Shown here in pieces: positions 13,234 through 23,556 of a stretch of DNA of 64,000 nt (within the stretch, counting starts at the first letter, position 1; every line of letters begins with the position of its first letter). Origin of the DNA: Myxococcales bacterium. Its GTDB lineage: Bacteria; Myxococcota_A; Polyangia; Polyangiales; DASUME01. Under the pieces are notes generated by a model. It saw only the letters and a list, made by a program, of their open reading frames with translations, was not told the origin of the DNA and ran no database searches. Position numbers and translations under genes: made by a program. The DNA is taken from the NCBI GenBank assembly GCA_047601445.1, contig JASGJH010000001.1, forward strand, positions 1,056,001 through 1,120,000, read 5' to 3'.

Positions 13234-14775
13234 CTATTCACGCGGCTTGAGGAGCACGGGGTAGGCACCCGGGCCGCTACGCCGACGCGCCTTGGCGCAC
13301 TCTTCGTCGCTCAGTCGTTTGGGCCCCGTGACGCGTCCCTGACGTGCATCGGCATCCATCAACAGCCACGGCCGATCGACCCCGAGGTTGTCCGGATGGA
13401 ACGCTTCGTCGAGCAGCACGTGACCGAGTTCGTGGGCTTGAACCCAGGCCTGGCGCTCGTAGCGCACCGCGTTGCGATCGAAGATCAAGGTGTTGGCCAG
13501 GCTGCTGCCATCCGCCTCGATGAAGGCCTCGCCTTGGCGGTCCCGGTTCACGAAGCGATTGATCAGGAAGACGTCGATGGTGGTCGGGTCGGAGTCTCCG
13601 AGCAGTTTGATCAGCGTGCGCTCTTCGAGGGTGCCCGTGGCCGCCAGGGTGTTGTCGAATTCATCGATGCCATCGGCCAGATCCACGTGACCCACGGCCA
13701 CTCGCTGCTGCGGGTCGCTGCTCAAGGGCACACCGGGCTCCTCGCTCACGCGCGCGAGCAAGCCATGACGGTCGCGCATCACGATGTCGGCGCTGGAGCC
13801 GGCGCCGAGCTCGGCGCGCGGGTTCACGGTGACCTCGGCGCGGAAGCCCGCTGCGCGCACTGCGCGCGCAATGGCCAGCGCAGTCTGCTCGGGATTCGCG
13901 CCCGGGCGCGTGGTCACCGGCGCGATGCGGGTGCCGTTCACGCGGAAGCTCACGGTTCCGCCGCCCTGGGCCGGCAGGCCATCGAGCTCTCCCACCGAGA
14001 GCAGCGCGGGCGGAGGCGGATCGACCACCCGCACCTCTGCCTGCATGGGGTCACCGAACTCGATGAAGCACTGAGCCCAGATCTCGTTCGCGATCTCCAC
14101 TTGGCTGCGCGCCAGTTCGGCGGCCTCGCTCTCGCGGTCCCCGACCACCGGAGGTCCCCCACGGTGCAGTCGCAGCACCGTGACGCGCAGGGTGCCCTTG
14201 AGCACCTGCCGCGAGCTGTCGCTGCTGTCCGAGACACCCACCGGCAGCGCCGCGCTCAACGTATGGTTTCCACGCTCGACCACGGCACGGATGGTTCCAC
14301 GCAGTCGCGCGCGCAGGAGCTGGCCCCCGATGTCGGGAGCCGAGGCGTCGGTCGCGTCCGTGACGAGACGGATGAAGGGCGAGCGGAAGCGCGGCTGGTC
14401 CCCCACACGCACGAGCGGTACGTGGCGCAGTACGCCGTCGATGCTTCCGTCGGGACCCAGCGATTCGATGCGCGCGTAGACGACGCGGGCGCGCTCGTCG
14501 GCGTCGAGGAGCTCGAGGCGGAAGTTCTCCGGATCGGCGCTCTGCTCCTCCGCACGCGCCGAGCGCGACAGCGTGCTGTCATGGGTGATGTGTCGCGAGA
14601 TGCCCAGGGCCTGCTTGGGAGCGAAGACCCGGTTGTGCGCATCGAGCATCTGCACGCTCGCCGACGAGGTGGGCGCGGCAGCAGGCGCGCTCTGCGCATG
14701 AGCGGGCAGGGCAGAGCACACAGCTCCCACCCAGAGCGCACCGAGTCCCAGCCAAGACTCAGCGCGCCGCTTCAC
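13234..14775 (-). CDS. Secreted hypothetical protein with C-terminal metzincin-like zinc-binding motif
   Basis: Signal peptide (..PAHA|Q); HELGHVLLDEAFH followed by LLM (possible Met-turn). Start overlaps the gmk stop. Confidence 0.65.
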   Translation of the reverse strand: MKRRAESWLGLGALWVGAVCSALPAHAQSAPAAAPTSSASVQMLDAHNRVFAPKQALGISRHITHDSTLSRSARAEEQSADPENFRLELLDADERARVVYARIESLGPDGSIDGVLRHVPLVRVGDQPRFRSPFIRLVTDATDASAPDIGGQLLRARLRGTIRAVVERGNHTLSAALPVGVSDSSDSSRQVLKGTLRVTVLRLHRGGPPVVGDRESEAAELARSQVEIANEIWAQCFIEFGDPMQAEVRVVDPPPPALLSVGELDGLPAQGGGTVSFRVNGTRIAPVTTRPGANPEQTALAIARAVRAAGFRAEVTVNPRAELGAGSSADIVMRDRHGLLARVSEEPGVPLSSDPQQRVAVGHVDLADGIDEFDNTLAATGTLEERTLIKLLGDSDPTTIDVFLINRFVNRDRQGEAFIEADGSSLANTLIFDRNAVRYERQAWVQAHELGHVLLDEAFHPDNLGVDRPWLLMDADARQGRVTGPKRLSDEECAKARRRSGPGAYPVLLKPRE

Positions 14776-15425
14776 AACACCTTGAAGGGCCAGGCCCCCA
14801 CGGAGCCGTCACGCAGCAGGCGTTCGGCCGAGGGCGCCACACGCGATGTGCGCGAAGCTTCGGCGTACACCACGCTGCGTAGGCGGTCGCTGGCCTTGGC
14901 GTAATCATCGTTCACGATGACGTAGTCAGCCAATCGATAGTGCTCGATCTCCACGCGTGCCTTGGCGAAGCGACGCTGGATGGTGGCCTCGTCATCCGTC
15001 GCGCGGCCACGCAGGCGCCGAGCGAGTTCGTCGAGCGACGGAGGCAGGATGAAGACCCCGACGGCTTGCGGGAGCTTGCTCTTGATCTGGCGAGCTCCCT
15101 GGTAGTCCACATCGAACACCACGCCCACCTTGCCCTCGGCACGGGCGCGATCGAGCTCTGCAACGCTGGTGCCGTAGTAGTTGCCGTGCACCTCGGCCCA
15201 CTCCACGAACTTCCCCAGCTCCACGCGGCGCTGGAACTCCTCGCGGTCGATGAAGAAGTAGTCGCGACCGTCGACCTCCGTGGAGCGCGGCTTGCGCGTG
15301 GTGCAAGACACCGAGAACGTGAAGTCCTTGAAGTGTCGCAGCAGATCGCGCGTGAGCGTGGTCTTGCCGGCCCCGGAGGGCGAGCAGATGATCAGCAAGA
15401 GCAAGTCTGAACCTGGATCATCCAT
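14772..15425 (-). CDS. gmk: Guanylate kinase
   Basis: SPSGAGKTT, SVSCTTRKPR, EVDGRDYFF, EWAEVHGNYYGT, FILPPS; directly downstream of yicC. Confidence 0.96.
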   Translation of the reverse strand: MDDPGSDLLLLIICSPSGAGKTTLTRDLLRHFKDFTFSVSCTTRKPRSTEVDGRDYFFIDREEFQRRVELGKFVEWAEVHGNYYGTSVAELDRARAEGKVGVVFDVDYQGARQIKSKLPQAVGVFILPPSLDELARRLRGRATDDEATIQRRFAKARVEIEHYRLADYVIVNDDYAKASDRLRSVVYAEASRTSRVAPSAERLLRDGSVGAWPFKVL

Positions 15426-15573
15426 CGCAACTACATCTCCAGCGGCGGGCCGCCGCGTGCTCCAGTTGTGGCGCAAACGATAGCCGCCCAGCGTAGCGCA
15501 CTTCAATAGGCGCCGTCGGTCGAAGCGGCAGGGACCGCCCGCGAGCCAACAGGCCGCCGGTTCGCAGGCTAGG

Positions 15574-16476
15574 TCACAGGAGGTTTTGGACCTGCTCCCG
15601 AATACGCTCGAGCTCGGCCTTCATCTCGACCACCCGATGGGCGATCCCGGCGTCGTTGGCCTTGGAGCCGATGGTGTTCACCTCGCGCCCCAGCTCCTGC
15701 ACCAGGAAATCCAGCTTCTTTCCCACGCCGTCCGAGCCCCCGCTCAAGCTGCGCTCGAACTCGGCCAGATGGCTGTGCAGCCGCGTGAGCTCCTCGGCGA
15801 TGTCGGAGCGTTCGGCGAACCAGGCTACTTCTTGGGCGAGCTTGCCAGGGTCAGGCTCGAGACCACTCCCTTCGAGCAGCTTCTCGATGCGCTTCAACAT
15901 GCGCTGCCGTGCGCCGTCCAACAGCGCCGCGCGCTGCGTCGCGATTTCGGTTGCCAGGCTCCCGAGTAAGCTCAGACGACTGCGCAGGTCGGCGACCAAC
16001 GCCTTGCCCTCGCGAGCACGCATGCCGTGCAGCTCGCTACATGCCCGCAGCGTGGTGGCACGCAATACGGACTCTGCCTCGCTGAGGTCGAGGCGGGCCC
16101 GCGTCGCGAAGATGCCCGGCATCGAGAGTAAACTACCGAACGCCAGCGGCTCTCCGGGCGCGACCTCATCTCGCAGCGCCGCGAGCTGTGCGTACACCGC
16201 GGCAACGCGCTTGGTGTCGATGCTGGCGGGGGCGAGGGTAGGCGTATCCCAGCGCACCACGGCCTCGACCCGCCCGCGACTCGCGTGGGCACGAATGGTC
16301 TCTTCCACCACGCCCGCGTAGTCGAGCAGCTCGGTGGGTGTGCGGACACGAACGTCGAGATGGCGGTGATTCACCGCGCGCAGTTCCACACGCAACGCGC
16401 CTTCAGCCAGCTTGCCTTCGGCCGCGCCGAAGCCAGTCATGCTCAGCACCGAGCTGGTCGTTGCGTCACTTTTCAT
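15574..16476 (-). CDS. yicC: YicC/YloC family endoribonuclease
   Basis: SMTGFG, VNHRHLD, DIAEELTRL, GKKLDFLVQELGREVNTIGSKA, EQVQN. Confidence 0.95.
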   Translation of the reverse strand: MKSDATTSSVLSMTGFGAAEGKLAEGALRVELRAVNHRHLDVRVRTPTELLDYAGVVEETIRAHASRGRVEAVVRWDTPTLAPASIDTKRVAAVYAQLAALRDEVAPGEPLAFGSLLSMPGIFATRARLDLSEAESVLRATTLRACSELHGMRAREGKALVADLRSRLSLLGSLATEIATQRAALLDGARQRMLKRIEKLLEGSGLEPDPGKLAQEVAWFAERSDIAEELTRLHSHLAEFERSLSGGSDGVGKKLDFLVQELGREVNTIGSKANDAGIAHRVVEMKAELERIREQVQNLL

Positions 16477-16522
16477 TTTTACAACGTCTCTCGAGGCCGC
16501 CGGCAAGGTGCCTTGCAGATTC

Positions 16523-17035
16523 TCAGGTGAGCCCCTTCTTGCGCTTCAAATCACCCATGATGCGCTGGTACTCAATCTCGAATGTGGCCGTGCCTTCCTC
16601 GAGGTTTTTGATCTTCGAGCGCACTTCTTCGTCGAGTTCTCCGCCGACTTCCATGTGCTTCTTCAAGATCGGCGCGATCTTTTTCCGTAGTTCGGTGTCG
16701 TCAGCGTAGATTTCGTCGACATTCTTGCTGTGAAAGAGGATGTTCATGATCTGTTCCAGCAAGTAGGGCAGGATGTCGTCGCTCTGGGGGGCGGCCTTCT
16801 CCTTGGCGACTTGGTTGCGCAGCTTGCTGAGCTGGGCGTAGGGCAGGCCACGTGCTTCGAGCCGGTTCTTGGCCTCATCGGCGATGGTCCGCTCGAACCG
16901 GAGGTACTCCTTGAGCACCGATTCCACATCCAGCACGACCTCGTTGGGCTGCTCTGTCTCGACGTCCCCCTCGGAGGTCAGGACGCGAACGATCTCCTCT
17001 GAAATCGTGGGGATCTTGCCGCTAAAAAGACGCAT
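16523..17035 (-). CDS. DUF507-family protein
   Basis: MRLFSGKI start, VDEIYADD and helical charged composition; position upstream of yicC-gmk as seen in deltaproteobacteria. Family recalled, not searched. Confidence 0.7.
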   Translation of the reverse strand: MRLFSGKIPTISEEIVRVLTSEGDVETEQPNEVVLDVESVLKEYLRFERTIADEAKNRLEARGLPYAQLSKLRNQVAKEKAAPQSDDILPYLLEQIMNILFHSKNVDEIYADDTELRKKIAPILKKHMEVGGELDEEVRSKIKNLEEGTATFEIEYQRIMGDLKRKKGLT

Positions 17036-17250
17036 GGCCGCTCATCCTGGTTCTTCCGGTACGCGTGAATGCGCCCTTCGAATGTCGCTCTTTCAAGGCT
17101 CTTTCCGAGTCTTTACCAGCACGGACCGATGCGAAATGCCCCAGCCCCATGCTGGCGGGGAAGGTACCCGCCTGGTTCCAGGGCGTCAATGTATGGTGCT
17201 CTGTACCTTACGGAATTCTTTGGAGTATGTCGGGCGCAGAAGGGCGCAGC

Positions 17251-17272
17251 ATTTGCGCTAACGATCACGAAA
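17251..17272. promoter_or_regulatory. Possible Crp-type binding box upstream of the Crp/Fnr gene
   Basis: ATT-TGCGC-N6-TCACG-AAA matches TGTGA-N6-TCACA at 7 of 10 core positions, inside an AT-richer divergent intergenic region. Confidence 0.3.
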
Positions 17273-17343
17273 CATCCTTGACCTTCGTTCTCATAAAACC
17301 GCACCATAACTGTGTAGTTGTAAATTCAGAAGTTGGGGGCTGT

Positions 17344-18090
17344 ATGGACCATCGCGATCAACCTGTGTACCGCGACTATCTGGGCGCGGCGCGCGCTGCA
17401 TCCGATCAGGAGATGCGCAAGCGGCACATCATCGGCCGCTGTTCTTTGTTCAATGGACTGGATGCGGACGCCGTCGATGAGGCCGTCCGCCAGAGTGCGG
17501 TTGTAAAGGTCGCACGCCGCCGGCCGATCCACTCCCAGGGTGAGGCTGGTAACTTCCTGTACATCGTGGGAAGTGGTCGAGCACTCGTGGTGCGGCGCGC
17601 CGACGGTGAACGTGAGTTCACGGTGGCCTACCGCGGCGTGGGCGACGTCGTGGGCGAGACCCCGCTTGCCGTGGGTGGAGCCCACCGCGACGGAGCCATC
17701 GCCATCGACCAGCTCGAGGTGTTGCGCTTGCCCATGCGCCTCATCACGGACCTGATGGAGCGTCACCCGCGCCTCAGCTTCTCCATGATGCGCATGATGG
17801 GCGAGCGCCGGATGGAAGCCGAGCGTCGCATCGAGGCCCTGCTCTCGCGCACCGTCGAGTCGCGCGTGGCGGACTTCCTGCTCCGCGCGGCCGAGTCCCA
17901 CGGTATCCCCGAGAGTCGCGGTCGGTTGATCGGTGTGAAGTTCACGCACCAGGAGATTGCGAACTACGTGGGTTCCACGCGTGAGACCGTGACCCTGACC
18001 CTTGGCGACATGAAGCGCCGCGGCTTGATCCTCTTCGATCACCGTCGTGTGGTGGTCCAGGATGAGGAGGCACTTCGGAAGCTCGCGTGA
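17344..18090 (+). CDS. Crp/Fnr family transcriptional regulator
   Basis: cNMP-binding-like N-domain (LYIVGSGR..GDVVGE) and HTH FTHQEIANYVGSTRETVT. Confidence 0.93.
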   Translation: MDHRDQPVYRDYLGAARAASDQEMRKRHIIGRCSLFNGLDADAVDEAVRQSAVVKVARRRPIHSQGEAGNFLYIVGSGRALVVRRADGEREFTVAYRGVGDVVGETPLAVGGAHRDGAIAIDQLEVLRLPMRLITDLMERHPRLSFSMMRMMGERRMEAERRIEALLSRTVESRVADFLLRAAESHGIPESRGRLIGVKFTHQEIANYVGSTRETVTLTLGDMKRRGLILFDHRRVVVQDEEALRKLA

Positions 18091-18125
18091 TCTGATACGT
18101 TCGCACCCCCAACTGAGAACGAGGG

Positions 18126-18158
18126 AAGCCCACCGGAAGGTCGTCCGGTGGGCTTTTT
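18126..18158 (+). terminator. Rho-independent terminator
   Basis: AAGCCCACCGGA-aggtcg-TCCGGTGGGCTT stem running into a T tract, 35 nt after the Crp-family stop. Confidence 0.85.
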
Positions 18159-18264
18159 GCGTTGTGGCCCTGGCTAGCTCGAGCTGCCCGCCGCTTCATG
18201 CCTCGCGCGAAACCGACGACCAGGTCAGCATCGCAGAGCTGATCGCGGCCCAGCGGCCCCGAAA

Positions 18265-21200
18265 CTACTCCGCCGCGAACTCGTCGAAGGCGTCGGTATC
18301 GTGCTCGGGCGTCTCGAGCAGGGCGCCATCTTCGGCGTCACGGCGAACCACGAAGGTCTGCCGGGTCACCACGTCCTGGTTTTCGCGGGCGAACACGCTG
18401 ACATAGTTGATACCAGGCTCGAGCGGCACCTCGGTGGCGAACTCGAGGGACTTCGTGTCGGCTCCGGGGTTGCTCTGGTAGAAGACCTTGCGGGCCCCCA
18501 CGAAGATGTAGAGGTCGCGGATGCGCGCGTCGTCGTTGGCCTTGCCGGTGAGCTTGAGCGTCTTGGATCGCGTCACCGGATTCTGGCCGTAGTCGACCGT
18601 GAGCCGCGGCGGCATCTTCGAGCGCTCGAACACCAGCTTGCCCCCCGCGGCGCCGCCTGCTGCCACCACTGCGCTGGCGGGGACCCAGCCCGGGCGACCG
18701 TCGCCTAGAGCGACTCGGACGTAGTCGTTGAGCGTTGCTTCCGAGGGCAGGCTGAGGTTCCCTCCGGAGGCCTTGGCGATGGCACGCGATCCCTGCGCAG
18801 GGGCGGCGTAGATCGAGGTGCCGTCCTTGATGAGCACCGGTCCGGTCTTGGCGGTGAGGGCATCGGCGGACTTGGCCTCGATCGGGATGCGGAGCTTCTC
18901 GGAGGCGTACTCACGCAGCGAGGTATCGGCCACGGAGATCTCGATCTCGGCGTGGTCGCCCTCGAAGTCGGGCAGGACGTCGAACGTGAAGGCGACCCGA
19001 CGCGACTCGCCCGCGGGCAGCTCCTTGAGCTCGAAGCGACCATCGCGCAGCAGGACACCCGGTCCGCCCAGGTTACGCAGGTTCGCCGTGACCTTGAGAG
19101 CCTTGCCGCGGCCGGTGTTTTCGACGTCGAAGAACACCGTCGCGCTCTCACCGCGCTCGATGCGACCGTCGCCGTCACCCGCTGGATCGGCCACCTGGTA
19201 CTCGTAGGAGAACTGGGGGCGCGGCAACGAGCTGACCTTGGTGCGGATCTCCGCGGCGGCAGGCGGGTGACCGTGTGCCTCGTCGAATTTGATGCGGATG
19301 CCATCGGCGCGGTCACTGGCGTCTTCCGGCAGGATGCACTTGCGCTTCTTGTCGGGCTCCGTGGTGCACAGGCCGAGGGTGGTGGACCACTCACGGGTCT
19401 CGCCGGGAGCCAGCTTGCCGAACACGAGCTCGCGCCCCGAAAACAGCTGGTAGTCGCTCTTGGTCTCCGCGCGCAGACGATAGAGCGTGCTCTTGCCCTT
19501 GTTGGTCACGCGCACCTTGAGGTCGAACGGCTGCCCGGCCACGCCCGAGGCGGCCGAGGTGCTGGGCACGATCTCGAGCTCCGCGGGGCCCGAGTCGGTG
19601 CCCACGGACCAGTCCACCCCGAGTCGCTTGAGCTCGGCGATGGCGCGATTGAGTTCCTTCTCACTGGCCTCGTTAATGACGGGCGTGGCGTCCGCGAGCA
19701 GCTCCTTGCGGCTGGCATGGGTGGCGCGGGCGAGAAGGTCGCGCGAGAAGCTGGTCAGGAACTCGTCCTCCTGCGCGTTCTCCGGATTGTCCTCGGGGGC
19801 GGCCGACCGGATGGCCTCGCGCGTGGCGGGCGGCAGGTAGTAGCGCATCACCACCGTGGATTTGCGCTCCTCGGCCGCGCGGTCGTTCGTCAGGTGGCGA
19901 CGCAGGTCGCTCTCCCGCGTGTACACGTCGTCGACGGCCAGGTCCATGTCCTCGCTATCAACGGTCATGGGGTCGATCGCGATATCGGGGACGATACCGA
20001 CGCCCTGGATGGAGACATCGCCAGGGGTCAGGTACTGGGCGATCGTGAGTTTCAAGGCTGAGCCGTCGTCCGGGAAGTCGTAGAGCAGCTGGACGGATCC
20101 CTTGCCGAAGGTGGTCTGCCCCACCACGAGGGCACGGTCGTGGTTCTGGAGGGCGCCGGCCACGATTCTCACTGGCCGAGGCGCTGCCGCCGTTCACGAG
20201 CACCACCATGGGGTAGTTCGGCTCCGTGCCTTCACGGGTGGCGAACTTCTCGTCGCGCTGACTCGGGTCGTTGGACGAGGTGGTGACGATGGTGCCGCTG
20301 GTGAGGAAGGCGTCCGCGATGCGCACGGCCTGTTCGAGCAGACCGCCCGGGTTGTCGCGCAGGTCGAGCACCAGGCCCTTCATGGGCTGGCGGTGCAGCT
20401 CTGCGAGCGCGCGCTCCATGTCTTCGTGGGTGTTGCCCTGGAAGGAGCTGATCTTGATGTAGCCGATGCCGCCCGAGAGCATCTTGGACTCCACCGAGTC
20501 GAGGTGGATGATGGCGCGGGTCAGCTTGTACTTCTTGGGCTTGGCGTTGGCGCCGCCGGCGGACTCCCTGCGCACCCACACGTCCACGCTCGAACCCGGG
20601 GTGCCACGCAGGCGCTTGACCGCCTCGTCCAGGGGCATGTTGAGGGTCGACTCTTCGTCGATCTTCACGATGCGATCGTTCTTGAGCAGGCCGGCCCGCT
20701 CGGCCGGGGTGCCGGGCAGCGGGCGGATGATGGTGAGGAGGCCCTCCCGCAGGGCGATGACGATGCCGAGGCCTCCGAACTGGCCGCGCGTACTCGTGCG
20801 CATCTCGTTGTAGACGTCCGGGGTGAGCAGCACCGAGTGTGGGTCCAGGGTGCGCAGCATGCCGTTGGCGGCCGCGTACTCGACGTCGCGCAGCTCGAGG
20901 TCCTCTTCGCGCAAGTTGTCCTGCAGGAACCCGAAGATCTCGCGAAAGCGTTCGGTGAGCTTCCAGGGGGCCGTCACGTCGTCGACGCGGAACTCGGCCG
21001 TCTTGTCGTAGAGCTTGATTTGAACCTTGGGGTCGCCCTCGTGGTAGTGGACGAGCACCGGGGCCACGGCGCGCTGGATGGCGTTGAGGCCACCGAGCAG
21101 CATGCGCCGCGAGTCCACGCGGTCGGGTTCGACGTAGGACTCTTTGACCTTGAGCACCACACGACTCAGCACACGCAGGCGGCGCAGGTCGTAGGACTCC

Positions 21201-21346
21201 TGCTCTTTGGCGGCCTGGGCACGCGGGGAGCCATCGATATTGAAATCGAGGGCGTTGTCACGGGGCCAAACGAAGGTGACCCCAAAGGCAACGAGCACGG
21301 CGGCGAGTGCGAGCAGGGGCCTGTAAGAGCGGAAGAATCGGCGCAT
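18265..21346 (-). CDS. S41 carboxy-terminal processing protease, long myxobacterial form (MXAN_5808-like); one-base frameshift at ~20166
   Basis: LDPHS, FGGLGI PDZ domain, [17 protein letters not shown] (catalytic Ser), TFGKGSVQ (Lys), then Ig-like and SH3-like repeats. ORFs 19958-21346 and 18265-20172 join by removing one A (GAG[A]ATC, giving SASASEIVAGALQ). Confidence 0.88.
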
Positions 21347-21548
21347 GAACTAGGGCTTCTGCGGGTCTATGCCGTGAGGCCGCCGCGATTCCGGGAGTAT
21401 AGCATTGGGATGAGAGCTCCCGACACGATGCTACGCTCGGCACCCGGCCGACGCGGTTGGCTCGACCCGCACCACATATGGGCGGGCGGCCCCCAGCACG
21501 ACCAACCTTGAAGCGTTCATCAGGAGCGCTCCCTGTCCCGAGGCTTGA

Positions 21549-22829
21549 GTGATCGAACGCCTGCGCCCCAGCGATATTCCGAATGCCGTATCCGAGCTGT
21601 GTCGTGAGCTGGAGAAGCGAGGACACAAGGCCTGGATCGTAGGTGGATGTCTGCGCGACCTCTTGCGCGGCAGGCCCGCCGCCGACTGGGACCTCGCGAC
21701 CAGCGCGCGCCCGGAGCAGGTCCAGGCCACATTCCCACGCGTGTTTCCCACGGGCATTCAGCATGGCACCGTGACGGTGCGGCACCGCGGGCAGAACTAC
21801 GAGGTCACGACCCTGCGCGGGGAGGGCGCCTATAGCGACGGGCGACGTCCGGATTCGGTAGAGTTCGTGGAGAGTATCGAGGCCGACCTCGCGCGCCGGG
21901 ACTTCACCATCAACGCCATGGCCTACGACCCGGTGACAGACAGCCTGGCCGATCCGTTCGGGGGGCTGGTCGATCTCCGCGCGGGCACCATTCGCGCCGT
22001 GGGCCGTGCCGAAGAGCGCTTTTCGGAAGACGGGTTGCGGGTGCTGCGCGCGGCGCGCTTTGCGGCGAGCCTGGAGTTCGAGCTGGCGCCCGACACCGAG
22101 TCCGCGATTCGTCCCACCCTCGAGACGTTTCGCAAGGTCTCCCCGGAGCGCGTGCGCGAGGAGTGGCTCAAGGCGTTCAAGGCCCAAGCGCCCTCGCGGG
22201 CGTTTGCGATCATGGAGCGCACGGGGATCCTGGCGATCACGTTTCCGGCGCTGGCTGCGCTGCCCGCAGCGAGCTGGGGCTGGGCGCTGCACGCGCTGGA
22301 TGCTGCCCCACCTGAGCCCATGATGCGCCTGGCCGCACTGCTGGCGCCGTTGTGGGAGCGGCGTGAGCTGGTCTCGGAATGGCTGCTCGCCTACCGCTTC
22401 TCGAACCAGGAGCGCGAGCGTGTGCTGCGCATGCTGTCCTTTGCGTTCATGGACACCGATCACCTGAGCGACGCCGATGTGCGACGACTGGCGCGCAGTA
22501 TTGGCCGCGAAGCCCTGCACGAGGTAACCGCGCTACACGGGGTGGTAACGGCCGCCCGCGACGGCGAGCATTCCGGGTCCGCCGCGGCCGCCGGCAGGTT
22601 GCAGGAGCGACTTCGCACACTGATCACCGATGAGACGCCGTTGCTGGCCAAGGAGCTGGCGCTGGGCGGCCGCGATCTGATGCAGGGCCTGGGACTCGCG
22701 CCCGGCCCCCAGATCGGCCGCATCATCGAGCATCTGATGGAGCTGGTGCTGGAGGACCCGAGCGCCAACACCAAGGCGTGCCTGTTGGAGCGGGCGCGCA
22801 GCTACGCGGCGCAGCAGGCGGGGGCGTGA
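21549..22829 (+). CDS. cca: Class II tRNA nucleotidyltransferase (CCA-adding enzyme family), no HD domain
   Basis: VGGCLRDLL..DWDLAT, EVTTLR, DLARRDFTINAM, EDGLRVLRAARF, ERVREE. Confidence 0.88.
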   Translation: MIERLRPSDIPNAVSELCRELEKRGHKAWIVGGCLRDLLRGRPAADWDLATSARPEQVQATFPRVFPTGIQHGTVTVRHRGQNYEVTTLRGEGAYSDGRRPDSVEFVESIEADLARRDFTINAMAYDPVTDSLADPFGGLVDLRAGTIRAVGRAEERFSEDGLRVLRAARFAASLEFELAPDTESAIRPTLETFRKVSPERVREEWLKAFKAQAPSRAFAIMERTGILAITFPALAALPAASWGWALHALDAAPPEPMMRLAALLAPLWERRELVSEWLLAYRFSNQERERVLRMLSFAFMDTDHLSDADVRRLARSIGREALHEVTALHGVVTAARDGEHSGSAAAAGRLQERLRTLITDETPLLAKELALGGRDLMQGLGLAPGPQIGRIIEHLMELVLEDPSANTKACLLERARSYAAQQAGA

Positions 22830-22830
22830 C

Positions 22831-23556
22831 GTGAGCGGCTTTATCGATCTGCACCTGCACATCGTGCCCAGCGTCGACGACGGCGTCCGCTCGCTCGACG
22901 AGTCGCTCGCGGTTTGTCGCGGGCTCAAGCAGCTCGGTTTCGATCATCTGGTGACCACCCCGCACATTCGCAGCGGCATGTTCGAGAACCGCAAGGCGAG
23001 CCTCACCCAGGCCTTTCAGGAGTTCCTCGCGCATGCGGCCGGGCAACCCGGCATGCCGGCCCTGAGCCTCTCGGCCGAACACCACTGCGACGCGCTCTTT
23101 CTCGAGCTTTTTCAGCGTGGCGAGCTCCTGCCTTACCCCGGAGGACGCGCGCTGCTGCTGGAGTTCGCCAACGAGTCACTTCCGCTCGGGATCCAGGACT
23201 TGGCCTTCAAGCTGCGTCTCAAGGGGCTCACTCCGGTGGTGGCCCATCCCGAGCGCTACGTGCCCCTGTTCAAACGCACGGATCCCATCGACGCTTTGCT
23301 CGAGCAAGACGTGGCCTTTCAGCTCGACCTGATGGCCCTGGTGGGGAAGTATGGTCGGCACGCGCGAAACGCGGCCGAGCGCATGTTGGAAGAGGGCGTC
23401 TACGCGATCGCAGCGAGCGACTGCCATCGCCCGGACGATCTAGCCCGGACTCAAGAGGCCCTCGAGCGCCTGGTGCAGCTGGTGGGGAAGAACGAGGCGC
23501 AGCTTCTGTTGGCCGACAACCCGGCCCGCTTGTTGGCAGGCAAGGCTGTGCAGTGA
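22831..23556 (+). CDS. PHP-family tyrosine-protein phosphatase (CpsB/CapC/YwqE type)
   Basis: IDLHLHIVPSVDDG, TTPH, AHPERY, ASDCH. Confidence 0.9.
   Translation: MSGFIDLHLHIVPSVDDGVRSLDESLAVCRGLKQLGFDHLVTTPHIRSGMFENRKASLTQAFQEFLAHAAGQPGMPALSLSAEHHCDALFLELFQRGELLPYPGGRALLLEFANESLPLGIQDLAFKLRLKGLTPVVAHPERYVPLFKRTDPIDALLEQDVAFQLDLMALVGKYGRHARNAAERMLEEGVYAIAASDCHRPDDLARTQEALERLVQLVGKNEAQLLLADNPARLLAGKAVQ

Noticed and set aside
17344..18090. mrpC orthologue
   Set aside because: Only general Crp/Fnr features are recognisable, and there are no mrpA/mrpB-like two-component neighbours.
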